DNA of 64,000 nt from Octopus vulgaris (Eukaryota): contig OX597816.1 of assembly GCA_951406725.2 (NCBI GenBank), forward strand, positions 97,464,001 through 97,528,000, in the 5' to 3' direction. Position numbers and translations under genes: made by a program. How positions within the stretch are numbered: position 1 is the first letter of the stretch; each line of letters opens with the position of its first letter. This document shows positions 1 to 12,954 of this stretch, piece by piece. Under the pieces are notes generated by a model. It did no database searches, was not told the DNA's origin, and was given only the letters and a program-made list of their open reading frames with translations.

Positions 1-1099
1 CCGGAAAAAATATGTAAAAGCCTGAAAAATATATAACATTTCCTTTCAAATATTGCATAAAATATTAAATTATTTATGAATGCATCAAATTTGGTAAAAA
101 TGGCAACCTGAAATGCAAATAACATTAATCATCACATCCTTCTTTGAAAGAATAACTCTTTCTTTATTCCTCTCTTTCTCTCACTTCTCTCTCTCTCTCC
201 CTCTCTCTCTTTACTTCTGTGTGTCTCTCTATCACATCTTATACTCCACCTAGTCATACATGTGTTCCTTAAAGCTCCTAATGCTCTTATACTCGCAACC
301 CAGATAAAAATTAAACTTTGGAAGTATTGTCTTACGTTTCCTATTGTTCATTCTAGAAATAATATAAAAGCCTCTATACGCGTTACATTATTCTGCACTG
401 ACTGTTATTTAAGACTAAATTATATTCAATACTGAAGATTCCATTCTTTATACTTTATCTTAACTTTTTATTCACATCAGTTATTGGAATTTAGCCATAC
501 TGGCTCACGCACGTAAAACATTTTAATAGTTTATATCAACACCAATTATTTTTCACGTACATATTGTATTCACTTCCTAAGAAATAAACAGTGTAAAAAC
601 GTATTAATCAATCGAAATTAAATACCATAGAAAATATATTCAAGGCACCGATTTATTTCTTGCTCCGATACATACACGCATACATACATGTATATATATA
701 TATATACACATTGTGTGTGTACAGTTAGATGTTCTATAGCTACTGCATGAATTAGGGCTTGACGTAGTTTATCATTATCCAGCCAGTTTCCAGTATAGTG
801 GTTAGTCTTTTACTCTACTTAGTATTGTTTCTGGTTATTATATTTAGAGCATCTGCAGGAGAAAATGTTGATAAACACGGGTAGAAATTACGATTATCCT
901 CATACATCTCTATTTATCTCTCAATCTCTCTTTTTATCTCGCTCTAACTCTCCCCTCTCTCTTTCCTCTCTCTTTCTCTTTCTCTCGATATACATGTTTT
1001 GTTTTTGTTATTGCTTTTGTTGTTTTTTTTTCTGTTAGTTGACTTTAACCTTATTGCAAAATTATTCTTATATGGTTGTGATGTTGGATGTTACATGAG

Positions 1100-1860
1100 A
1101 GAGTATTTACTCCATTCATTCTTCCTATTGAGTGATGGTGTGTGTGCGAGTGCCCACGTGTGTGTGCGTTTGTTGCGTCAGAATGTACTTATAGCCCCTG
1201 TAATCTCTCAAAATTTAGGGATTTTCGGATGTGCCAAATATTCTTCCTTCAACCGCGTTTATCAATCCATTGTGTAAAATATGGATATCAATTTCTGTTT
1301 AGTATGTTCATGCCTTTGATCATATCAGTTATACCTTGCGGCGTTTTTCCTATATAGGTAATGACACCACCTTTGCATCTCATGTGAGATACTAGGTATA
1401 TAGTTTATCTGTGGATCAATTATTCACACTTTCAACTGCACGTAGAAAGTTTTTTCTCTTAAATGGATTTGAAATATGTGATAATGACTTGATGTATATG
1501 GTGGCCTTTCCTATCACTTTCATTTCAAGATTTGTTCCATATCGCTCTTTCCTACATTTCTGGGTTAGCTCACCTCTCAGTGAAACTTGAGAAGTCTCAC
1601 ATCTTGGAATTTCCTACAATCATTTCGGGAGCTTTCCTTGCCTAGTTTCTTTTTTTCTGTTTAAGAATTTATTCCAGTATATAGGCGTCCTCTTATTGCA
1701 TTATTTTATATATCAAACTTCCTATATGACACTCTTTGCATTCTGATTCTGCTCGTTGGACGTACCCCGAGATTTGCACACAGTGGCAACCACCTGTTTT
1801 GTATTATCCTGGATGTTCTGATGTGGGAAGGGTTTGAACTGCGAGATGGTGTTTATGTCT
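1100..1860 (-). mobile_element. Highly degenerate Penelope-like element remnant (RT thumb/GIY-YIG region)
   Basis: Manual minus-strand translation gives IYLVSHMRCKGGVITYIGKT (about 1340-1400; GIY..YIG-like), then HEHTKQK and TPSLNRKNEW (PxLN C-terminal motif). Many stops and frameshifts. Confidence 0.45.
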
Positions 1861-1945
1861 ACTCGTAACTAAATACCATCTACCATCATAGTAAATAAAT
1901 ACCATCATACCACTTATAGTCACTTACGTATGACGGGTGTAATAA

Positions 1946-1999
<54 letters not shown>

Positions 2000-2046
2000 A
2001 TAAACAGACATATACAAAAGAACATACATACACACACAACTAAATA

Positions 2047-2085
<39 letters not shown>

Positions 2086-2109
2086 ATATATAAATGTGTG
2101 TGTGTGTTT

Positions 2110-2880
2110 ATATACTTCATAGATGAGACCCAAATATTCTCAGTGAAAAATATCCTTAGCAGTGCTGAAAAGATTTAAATTTGAGCGGGTATAGAGGTAA
2201 ATATAAGAATAAGCGAATTAGAGAGATCAATATATAGGGTGTATTAAATACATGAAATACAAAAAATGTATATAAGTATCCATACGAAAAGATCCAAATT
2301 ACACAGATTAGAAATGATAGAGAAAATTAAACGGGTGGAGGAAAAATATTACAAACCCAACAGCTGTTTCTAGAGGCTCAATGAGCCATAATAGTGTTTG
2401 TAGAATGATTTCATCATAGGGTGAGACGAGCCTCCATCTTCCAAGAAGAGATCTCACATTTGAGATGTTAAACGTGAGAAGTTCAAAGATGGAATGAACG
2501 CATCTCGAATTACTTATATCAACACATGCACAAGTATAAACACAAACCAAACTTGAGCAAAAAAAGAAAGAGCTGAGCTGAACAAATTAAAAGATGACAA
2601 AACAATAACAATCAAAAAGCTGATAAAGTGAGTGCAGTTGTCTTAATGGACACGGCATACTATATAACTCTAGTACTATCCATATTGGAAGACAATCTAT
2701 TATGAAAAGGCCCAACAGTATAGTCAGCAGAAAATAATGAGAGACCTAAAATCCACATTAAACCTATACAGAGATGGGCTCATCGACAAAGAATATGAAT
2801 ATATGAACAATTTCAAAAGTAAAACCGGTACTGAAGTGATTTTTATTAAATTATTTTAGCATTTTCTACCTTGACCTTTT
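2110..2880 (+). mobile_element. Penelope-like element fragment: N-terminal RT region plus inverted pLTR piece
   Basis: 2540-2830 reads across frameshifts as KPNLSKKERAELNKLKDDKTITIKKADKVSAVVLMDTAYY, the NLS..E..L..L..D..I.IK.ADKG..VV.MD motif that precedes PLE RTs. Flanked by dinucleotide microsatellites. Confidence 0.7.
2355..2445 (-). ncRNA. Degenerate type I hammerhead-like motif
   Basis: Minus strand: TGGAAGA (mutated CTGAAGA), 9-bp stem II TGGAGGCTC/GAGCCTCTA, GAA, palindromic ACAGCTGT, then T. Confidence 0.5.
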
Positions 2881-2881
2881 T

Positions 2882-2920
<39 letters not shown>

Positions 2921-2961
2921 AAAAAGGAGATGTGGAACACGAGTTGTGATATATAAAAAAC

Positions 2962-4817
2962 GGAAATGAAGAAAATGCTGACAATATAATTTAAGTAAGG
3001 GAGAGTGTATTTAATTAGGTGAAAGTTATTTTTTTAAACAAAAAAAAGAGAAAAATTGGGTTAGAATACAATGTTCATTTTTTGTGAATGATTTCAGTGT
3101 ATAAGAAAAAAAGTAAGAGTCTTTTAGAGTGTTCTGTTTCAGAATAAGATATTTAGTAAAAGCGTGTAAGATACAGTTTTTTGTGGAAAAGTTCAATGTC
3201 AGATTTCAGTGTAGAATAAAAAGTGCTATTTTTCTGTATTCCTGTATTTTTATTTGGGATCTATGGACAGTCATGCGTTGGCGGGGGCTATTTTTAGTTT
3301 GGCCTATGTAGTGTTCATTACAGCCCGAACAAGTTAAGACATATACTAGGTTTTCTGATGCGCATGTGAAGTTGTGTTTTACTGTGAAACGTTGTCCTTG
3401 TTTAAAAAGGAATTCCGGAGCTTCTATTAGGTTGATGCATATACCACAGTTGGGTCTATTGCATTTGTTTACTGTGGGTTTAGTTGTTGTGGTTGGCAGT
3501 ACTTATTGCACATATTGATACCTGTGCGGCACAACTTCATCCCAATTTTAGAATCTTTCCCCTCTACAAATTTAAAGACAATACCACTCATACCCAGCGA
3601 ATAACCATGGAATCCCACCTTATTAATAAATACAGACCACTTCTAAACACATCCCCCTAACACGAACCCACAACAAACACACTTACACCTGCACACACCC
3701 TACACACACTTTTACCCAGATATTAACACCATGACACACGCAAACATATGGTTCCACACATACACATAATTTGATACGGGCACAAAACATCCAACAATAT
3801 TTTTTGGAAATTACTGTAAATATTGACTTCACACAAACACGTTGCTTCCCGATACAGGCACAAGGCCAGCAAAACTATAAATATTGAAAATTGTACCCAC
3901 ACACGCACACATATATACACGCGCGCGCGCCTCAACATACATATAAACACACACACACACACACGCACACATACATACATATAGCTCTTCCTGTCCTAAA
4001 CGAACTTACTTTTCCAGCTCAAATTCAGTCAAGCGGAAAATACACTCCTTAACTACGCGCTAAAAAGCTATTCAAAATATCCACATGACGTCTACTGACC
4101 AGCCTGAACAATAAGAATTTTCAACAACGCTATTTTCGAAAACTCCATACACCACCTACATCAACATTCATTCTAAACATTCACTTGACCTCTCTATTAT
4201 GACCACATTCACGTGGCCTCTTTATTATGACCAATAAGAAATTTTAGGCGCAATACCAGCCAAATTTTAACATCTCTGGAGCCTATTTTCTTACCCCAAC
4301 ACCAACTTCCATTCAAACATTCACGTGACCCCTTTATAATGACCAATCAAAATTGTATTGACCATTGTCCACAAGAAATTTTAGGCGCGAAACCAAACAA
4401 ATCTTAAACAACTCTGGAGCCTCTTTTTCACATATAAGAGACAGCAAACCCAACATAAAGTCAGATAAGAGAAAAAAATCAATCAGAAAGGAACTCTATC
4501 TCACTCAAAATATCTTTTGATAAGCATAACAAATGCGCAACCGGTAAACTCTTACTTTTTTTATTCTACACTGAAATCAGACATTAAACTTTTCCACAAA
4601 AAACTGTATCTTACACGCTTTTACTAAATATCTTATTCTGAAACAGAACACTGTAAAATACTCTTACTTTATTTCTTATACACTGAAATCATTCACAAAA
4701 AATGAACATCGTATTCTAACCCAATTTTTCTCTTTTTTTTGTTTAAAAAAATAACTTTCACCTAATTAAATACACTCTCCCTTACTTAAATTATATTGTC
4801 AGCATTTTCTTCATTTC

Positions 4818-4818
<1 letters not shown>
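2962..4818. mobile_element. Penelope-like element 3' fragment with GIY-YIG endonuclease and inverted terminal pLTR copy
   Basis: About 260-bp inverted repeat arms at 2962-3221 and 4558-4818. Minus 3222-3498 encodes KCNRPNCGIC...FTCASENLVYVLTCSGCNEHYIGQTKNSPRQRMTVH. Plus 3499-3660 encodes AHIDTC...RITMESHLINKYRPLLN*. (TA)n on both flanks. Confidence 0.85.
3222..3498 (-). pseudogene. GIY-YIG endonuclease N-terminal half with upstream Cys cluster (Penelope-like)
   Basis: Open frame PTVNKCNRPNCGICINLIEAPEFLFKQGQRFTVKHNFTCASENLVYVLTCSGCNEHYIGQTKNSPRQRMTVHRSQIKIQEYRKIAL. Confidence 0.85.
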
Positions 4819-4851
<33 letters not shown>

Positions 4852-4872
4852 ACTAGTGTATTACTTTTCAAA

Positions 4873-4974
<102 letters not shown>

Positions 4975-7249
4975 TATATATACATATATATACATATACA
5001 CACACATATATGATACATACATATATATACATGTGCGTTCCTACTGATATTATTGTGATTGAATATAATTATGCATTCCGCGGCAATTATGATTGAGGCA
5101 GTAAAGACTTGCCACTGCTTGACATCTGGATTATGATATCTATATCTACTAATTTATCTCTCTATCTCTCCAAAGCAAAATTTTATCCCTTTGGGAGTTT
5201 AGGTCATTAATAGCAACATAGTTTTCATTATGTAATACATGAGTATAGAAAGGATGAATTAATATACAGGCAAAGAACAGAATTATGGAGAATATTTTGA
5301 TAAAGCGATGTCTCATATAATGCCATCCCAAATTTTTTAATGTTTTAGAATATTGATTAAAATTGTTCTTCATTCTCAATAGCACGCAATCTCCGTAAGG
5401 CACCATAGACATGAGAAATTGAATGTGTCGTGTCCTTCAGTTCACATTAATCACGCGATTTGGTAAAAAAATGCAAAGTGGGACTTTAGCTTCTTCAACT
5501 GCAAAAGTCCCTTTCCTATGAACAATGTTCTTTTGTCAGTACAGAACATTTATGTTAGTTGTAAAGTAGAATGAGTACCGTATGCCAATACAGTTAACAG
5601 TAAATGAAAAAAAAGGTCGCAAAATCGAAACCAGGACCTCATTTGCTAAAGGTCTTGTTATGCGTGAAACATGAACTACATTGTCCTTATCTGCTATATT
5701 GTCCAGGACGTCATCGGCTAAAAGTATTGCTTTGTATGAAACAAACTATATTGTCCAGCCACCTCATCGTCTAAATGAAATATTACCTTGAGGATGTACA
5801 GCGTTGCTTAAGGGAGAACGTGTTACCAGCATAGCAATGCAAGGCTTTCTTTGCAAAGCAAAACCAAGAAGTAATGTGATCGTTGGAACGGAAGTACTTC
5901 CTCATCCTTATGCTCACTCATGAAAGTGAGTACCTGTGTATTAAAGCATGATTCGAATGAGAGAACATTTCATAATTCACAGAATATTCGAAGACGTAGG
6001 AGACGTTGTAAATTCTATAGCAAATGTTATGGTTAAATCATGAAATGGAAGTGTTTTATTTATCTATTTTTTTTCTTTTGAACGATTGTGCGGAGCAGTA
6101 GACTATTTCTAGTTAAGGTATGAATGATCATTTCACATATAATAAAGTCTTGTATTTGAGCTGATTAAAATTCTTCTATTATATATCCCAACCTATTGAC
6201 ATATACTAAAAAACAAACATACCGCGCTATAGATTATTGAGGACAGCTGCTTACTAATTAGTTGAGAGTCTGTAACTTTTACTTAAAGAAAGTTACGGCA
6301 ATTCGTAAACATTCTAATTTTAGTATATATTTTTCATGTGGAAGAATGTGGTTTACTAGCATCTTACATTATTGAAGATCTCAACTACAAAAAAATAATT
6401 TTAATTCATTTCCGGATCACTGCAACTTTGTACGGATCAAACGGGTTTCCTGTGTGTTTTCGGATATGAACTGGCGTGTCATCAGTATATACAACGTGTA
6501 TTGAATGTCTTTGCCCACTACAGTTGTGTTAAACTATACCGCCAACTGAAACCTTTGGGGATGACCCTCATTGATTTTCTGGAATCATTATTAATATTTT
6601 GAATGCATTGGATAAAATATCAGTGTTCAAACGTTAGAATGGTTGTTTCTTTCTGAATCTTGTGTACAAAAGACGTTGCAAGATTTAGAAAGCCAACAAT
6701 GTTTAAATCACTTTCCCCCACATATATATGACAGCAATAACTTGCATGTCCTTTCAGTTCTTCTGTTAGTATTTTATCTGCCATGGGGAATCTGAAAGCA
6801 ATAAAAGAGCATCTTTTAAATGGCAAGAAGGAAGTTCTACACTGATAATTAAGGGTTCTAAAACACCATACACACGCTGTTCAATGATTAACTGGCTCTG
6901 TGGTATGATTCATATTTCTCTGTATTATTGTTGCTTTAAATATTCTATTTTCGTTCACCTCTTATAAGCGTTTATACACGCATATGTACACACGCATGTA
7001 TATATGTATAGCCATTGATGTATATGTGAGTATGAAACATTGTAATTGTTAATGAATACGTGGTAACAGTTATGGGGTTTATGACCTTTTGTGTGTACAT
7101 ATATGTGTGTGCATATATGCATACACACACGATCACGCATATATATATATATATATATATATATCTGTATATATACATACATATATATATACATATGTAC
7201 ATATATACATGCATACACACACACAAACACCCACATATACACACAAACA

Positions 7250-7332
<83 letters not shown>

Positions 7333-7913
7333 CGATTGAATCGCCTCACGTTTGACCTCTAGAGGCAGCATAACACTGTTCTGCTTAATTTATCTGAAAT
7401 ATGTTACATCTACTCCCCACTTGATAAATGATTTATCGATAACTGCTTCGGTTGTCTTAATCACATTTTTCGCTAATAAAAATAATAACTTTTCCTGTGA
7501 TATTTTTTTTATTACAACGGATAGAACTGGGATTCCGATAATCTACCTTGTCCCGATGCAAACATCTCTAACCCAGCCTCTACTACAATGCTTTAAACAT
7601 TCCTTTGTTTTTGTCGTTGCTGTTGTTGTTGTTGTTGTGGGGTTTGATGATTTGATACTTAGTGTTATCTATAATTACATTTTCTAATTAGGGAAATAAC
7701 TCTTGTTGCTCTGTGGTGGCCCGAAATTCTATCATGTACAGCCAAAGGGAAAAAGGGTAACACAGAAATTGATTCCAATTCGGTGTAACACAAGCACGCA
7801 CACACATTAGCATGCATGTATGTATGTATGTATGTATGTATGTATGTATGTATGTATGTATGTATGTATGTATGCATTCATGTATTTATGTACGTATGTA
7901 TGTATGTATATAT

Positions 7914-7997
<84 letters not shown>

Positions 7998-8308
7998 TTC
8001 AAAATGCATACATACATATGTTTGCATCTATGTATGTATGTTTGTGTGTGTATTTATATATAGAGATAAAATTTACTTGGAAAAGGATGCGTGGCGTTCG
8101 AACATATAATAATATTAATAATATATGCATATATACATAGATATATGTACATACCTACATATACATGCATATATTGGTATAAGACATCAAAAAAAAATAT
8201 GTAGACACAATGAGAAACGAAAGCTTAATGACAAAATCATAGAAAACGAACGTTTTACGAAAAATGAAAAAGAAAACAGAGAACCGAGACATGCAGCATA
8301 AAGGACAT

Positions 8309-8367
8309 TCCATTCGTCAGTTGTCCCTGTTTCATCTGCTCCGCGTTTCAAAGGTAAGGAGAACGCG
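8309..8367 (-). ncRNA. Nested/permuted hammerhead-like motif (diverged copy, stem I partly deleted)
   Basis: Minus strand: CGCGT-T-CTCCT-TA-CCTTT-GAAACGCG-linker-GGGACAA-CTGACGA-ATGG. Motif and flank resemble the 56.3-56.45 kb repeat. Confidence 0.5.
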
Positions 8368-8960
8368 TAAACGTTGTAAATGTCAATGGGATTTATATTA
8401 GAATGCAAAGACTGAACAAATAGCGCATGCAACGTTCAGAGGATTTCCCGATTCAGTAAATCTAATTCACAAATATTTTTAATTGAAGCAAAAAGTCAGA
8501 AATTGTGATAAGAAGGGCTAGTTAATAATATGAACCCGCAGGCCTTGTCTAGTACTTTACTTTATAGATCCCGGATGGATGAAAGAAGACAAAATCTCTG
8601 TATTATGCACAGCGTCTGATAAATACAATTAAACAGAAGGCAAGTTAAACAGATCGTTAGCATATGTACTGTAAATCAGGACTGAAAATGATGTAAAGAC
8701 AGAGGTGAAACATAATATACAGTTAGTTTTGACAAATGAAGAATTTGTATTACAAACGCACTCTCTTTCTCTCTCTCACACACATACACACACACTCACA
8801 AACACAAACAAAATAAATAATAGAGTACAATGAAATTAATGCTAATTAAAGCAAGTGTGAGTTCAATTTAAAAAAAAAAAACAGTCTCGTGTACATAAGA
8901 AGCCACGACCTGCATTGCATGCATATATATGGGCATGTATGGTTTTGTGTGGATGTGCGA

Positions 8961-8995
<35 letters not shown>

Positions 8996-9251
8996 TAAAT
9001 TAGTAATGCAACACTACAGTATTGCTTTCCAGTAAAGAATAGCCCGTGAGGGAAAAATACACAAAGTAGTAAATATATGGCACAACGAAGTACCGATATT
9101 TACTGGAAATAGCGAACGTAATAATACGACGCTAATGTATAGCTTCACCGCGTATGTATTAGCAAAAATGCGTGTGTGCAACAAACAAGAAAAAATTGTC
9201 TTACCTCCAGGGAGAACATCTGAAAGATGAAATACCTGGAAAAGGATAATG

Positions 9252-9322
9252 TGGGACCTGCAGGTTTCAGATTTTACAAGATATGTCTACCACCCATAAT
9301 CTTGTTCTATCTTCATCAGCCA
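9252..9322 (-). ncRNA. Type I hammerhead ribozyme, intact core
   Basis: Minus strand: stem I TGG/CCA, CTGATGA, stem II AGAT/ATCT extended by ACAAGAT/ATCTTGT, GAA, palindromic stem III ACCTGCAGGT, GUC cleavage triplet (C17 at 9255). Confidence 0.8.
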
Positions 9323-9386
9323 AGCATATACCATGACAAAATCTCAGATGTTACCACATTAAAGCCATTACAATCGACTGAAACTT

Positions 9387-9456
<70 letters not shown>

Positions 9457-10019
9457 TAGGTATATGTTCGCGCATATGTCCGGTGGATAGTTGGTATGTA
9501 GCGTCTATTAATGTCTATTGAAAATGGAATTGATAGTCTTTCGTTTTCATGTTGTTTGCAATGTGATGTCGTTTCCTTCTCTATCTGCACTTTGTATCGA
9601 TGTCTCATGTTTCCTTTTAGACCTTTGGTAGCCTTGTTGAAAGCATCATATTTGCTTTCATTCGGTGAGGCACATGATTTGTTCCGTTGGGAGATTTGCT
9701 CACATTGAAAGAAGATTAATTCCTGTTTGACCCACAGCCTATCCTCCTTTAATAAATGAATGTTTCCTAGCACATTAGCATTGACGAACTTTTAGCCAAA
9801 TGAATCCACTCCAGAATTTTTTTCTTTTAAAGGCTGTTACTTATTCAGTCGTTTCCTTTTGCCGAACAGCTAGATTTAGGGGGGCGTAAATCGGTTAACA
9901 AGTAGTAGTAGGGAAGGGGCACACAGGTTTAAACACACACAGAAACACACACAGAAGCACACACACACACACACACAAGTGCACGTGCACACACACACGC
10001 ACACATACACATATGGTGG

Positions 10020-11244
10020 TTGTCTACTTCTCATGCAGAGTCTGACCATCTCATCTACTTACACCTTAGATCCATCATGGCGTCTGATGTGGCTTTTTAA
10101 ACAAAACATTGTATTGAAAAGACACCCACATACGTTGAAAATCAACAAAGTAAGCTACCTCGCAGAAAATGTGTCTAGCTTCGAAGAGCATTCATGCTGT
10201 CATGTTTGCTACATCAGCGAATGATGCTCCAGCTTTATCAACAGTGCTAAAAGAGGCAGTTGAATTTAGGATTGGAAGGGAGAGTTGACATAAGGTCTGA
10301 ACGTCTGAATGATGATGACCTAAGATCTGAACGTCTCCCAACTACAACCACCGAGGAAAACTTTGATTGTGTTCACCATACGATGATGGATGACTGGCAA
10401 CTGACTATAATTCGAATAGTCAATGCCGTTAGTATAACTCACGAGAGACTTGAAAATATTCTGAACAATGAACTTAGCATGACGAAGATTTCAGCTGGTT
10501 CCGTGCCATGTCTTCTAACACATGATCAAATGCGCACTAGTCTGATCACATCACAGCATTGCCTGAGGCAGATCTAGCTGGTTTCTGTCAAAGTCTCCTA
10601 AGCCAGGATGAGTACTGGCTTCATCAGTTTGAGTCAGAGATAATAGGAGACAATCTATGATGGGGAAACACCTCTCTACACCTGCTCCTAAGAGAGCCAA
10701 TGTCGTTTTATCAACAGGGCAGGTTATGGCTTCAATCATTTGGGATGCAAAAAGCATTGCCTTTATTGTCTATCTTCGAAATGGCTACATTATCAATGGA
10801 AAGTACTATGCCAACATGCTGAGGCAGGCAAGAAAATCTATCCAGATCGAATGTCCATAAAAACGGACGACAAACGTTTATGCTCCAGCAGACAATTCTA
10901 TGATGTCAATGGCTGCTATGCGTGACTACAGCTTTGGACTGGTTGAGCATCCGCCCTATTCGCCTGAGGTGTCCACATCTGACTATCATCTGTTCCCTAA
11001 CATGGAAAAAAAAAAAACTTCCTTGGAAATTAGTATCGAAGCGATTATGACGTCATGTGTAGGGTTGTTAACTATTTTGAGCAGCAGGATGAACACTTCT
11101 AAATCAATTGGATCCAAACACTGTATCATTAATAGAAAAAGTATGTGGATCGCAAGGAGGACTATGTTGAAAAATGAAACTCACTTGATCACATTCCACG
11201 ACAGTATCTTGGTGAGTCTATGAAATTTTCAGCAGACCCACGTA
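10020..11244 (+). mobile_element. Degenerate mariner DNA transposon
   Basis: Broken frames with mariner motifs: SVPCLLT (WVP-like), VMASIIWDAKSI, INGKYYANML, EHPPYSPEVSTSDYHLFPNM (YSPDLAPSD). The 3' end is TIR-like, TTTTCAGCAGACCCACG-TA. The 5' boundary is uncertain. Confidence 0.85.
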
Positions 11245-11275
11245 TTAAAAAATCGTAAAACCCTATAAAATATAC

Positions 11276-11483
<208 letters not shown>

Positions 11484-11491
11484 GGGCGGAG

Positions 11492-11989
11492 GTGGTGAAC
11501 GCGTACATCGCGTCCATCATCTACTACCGCCTGACCGTCGTACCTTGTCCCGACCCTACCATCACCAAACTAGAACGCATCCTCTTCCGCTTCTTGTGGA
11601 AAGGATGCGTCCCGATGGTCAGGCGATCCATTTGCTGTCAACACCCGTTAAAAGGAGGGCTGGGCATGCCGTGGTTGATGATGCGCAGACACGCGCTGAG
11701 ACTGCGACATCTCCGGCTCTATGTAGACGACGGTGAACAGGTGTGGTCGCCGTTTGTGAGGCACGCATTCCCGCAACTCGTCTCCATGACCGAACTACAG
11801 TCGTGGATCAAAAAGAGGCCGAAGAAGGGCGAATGGCACCGCGAGTGTCGCGTTGCTCTCAAGCAACTCTGCCGTCCCGGGTCGACCTTGAGTGACTTCA
11901 ACACAACCAAAGCATTCTATAGGGGATTAGTGGAGGGAGGTACGACGACGAGCTCGGGGCAAACCTGGGCGTCGACGAGGAATACCTGA
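11492..11989 (+). CDS. Tx1/L1 ORF2 fragment (post-RT region), frameshifted near 11940
   Basis: ORF track 165 aa with the LFRFLWKG and KGGLGMP motifs typical of L1/Tx1 ORF2. Confidence 0.75.
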   Translation: MVNAYIASIIYYRLTVVPCPDPTITKLERILFRFLWKGCVPMVRRSICCQHPLKGGLGMPWLMMRRHALRLRHLRLYVDDGEQVWSPFVRHAFPQLVSMTELQSWIKKRPKKGEWHRECRVALKQLCRPGSTLSDFNTTKAFYRGLVEGGTTTSSGQTWASTRNT

Positions 11990-12024
11990 CCCGCCTGTTT
12001 CAAACGACTTTCGGCCCGGGACCT

Positions 12025-12546
12025 ATGGACAACTTCCAGAGATCCCTGGCCTGGCGGTGCTACCGAGAAGCGCTACCCGTTCGGGATAAGCTCTATAGGC
12101 ATGGCTCGAGAAACACGGGGCAGACCTGCCCGAGATGCGGGCAGAGCGACGAAACCGCTCTGCACGCAATCGTGCAGTGTCCAGCAATTTCCCACCTGTG
12201 GGCTTATGTCGAACGACTGCTGTCACGTGTGGGACGTGTCGGTTTATCAGCCGAGTCTATCGTTAATATCGTCACGCCTCCTTCCTTCAAACGGGAAGGA
12301 AGAGCTATTTTTATCATACTTGTGGCTATGGCGAAAGAATGTATCTGGTGGACGCGTCTGAAAGGATTAGAGACAAACACTTTCCTCTCTGGTCAATCTC
12401 TCATCAACTTCTTCAAGTATCACTTGAAGAAAAAAGTGAGAGTAGAGAGGCAAGTTTTGTCTAGTGAATGTTTTAAAAAAAGATGGGTGAATGTAGCAAG
12501 GATGGCACGTATGAATGACGAAGCCACCTTGACTATGATTCTATGA
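12025..12546 (+). CDS. Tx1/L1 ORF2 C-terminal CCHC zinc-binding region
   Basis: ORF track 173 aa with LAWR..LPVR, CPRCGQSDETALHAIVQC and IWWTR. Confidence 0.8.
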   Translation: MDNFQRSLAWRCYREALPVRDKLYRHGSRNTGQTCPRCGQSDETALHAIVQCPAISHLWAYVERLLSRVGRVGLSAESIVNIVTPPSFKREGRAIFIILVAMAKECIWWTRLKGLETNTFLSGQSLINFFKYHLKKKVRVERQVLSSECFKKRWVNVARMARMNDEATLTMIL

Positions 12547-12954
12547 ACCGTAAAAATTAATACAGAGAGTTGCTTATTTGCAAAATAAAAAAAAAAAAAA
12601 AGAAATATAACATGTGACTTCATTGACCGAGGTTACCGTGGTCTTTTCCGTAGGCTTTTCTTTCCACGGGTAAACCTCACCTGTCCTCCCCTTTACACTT
12701 CATATTGACATTTCTGTGATAACGATCCCTATTGATCAATTTTTTCCTCTCCCCCCTTTTTTTACCCCCCCCTTTTTTTTGTCCTCTTTCTCTCCTTTTA
12801 CGATCCCTTTTGATCGACCCCCCTTTTTTATTTTATTTTATTTTATTTTCTTATTTTTTATTTTTTTTATTTTTTAAACCTTCAAAAGAAAAGCTCTACC
12901 TTGTAATTTGTTCTATCTGTGTGCAGCCCTGTGTGGCTAATAAAGAAACATATC

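Larger units (their letters stand above)
11484..12950 (+). mobile_element. 5'-truncated L1/Tx1-clade non-LTR retrotransposon inserted in (TATC)n
   Basis: ORF2 C-terminus: FRFLWKG..., [23 protein letters not shown] zinc knuckle, AKECIWWTR. T-rich 3'UTR ending AATAAAGAAAC, then TATC repeats. Confidence 0.9.

Noticed and set aside
6470-6900. Possible decayed transposase coding sequence
   Set aside because: No diagnostic motif could be read in any frame.
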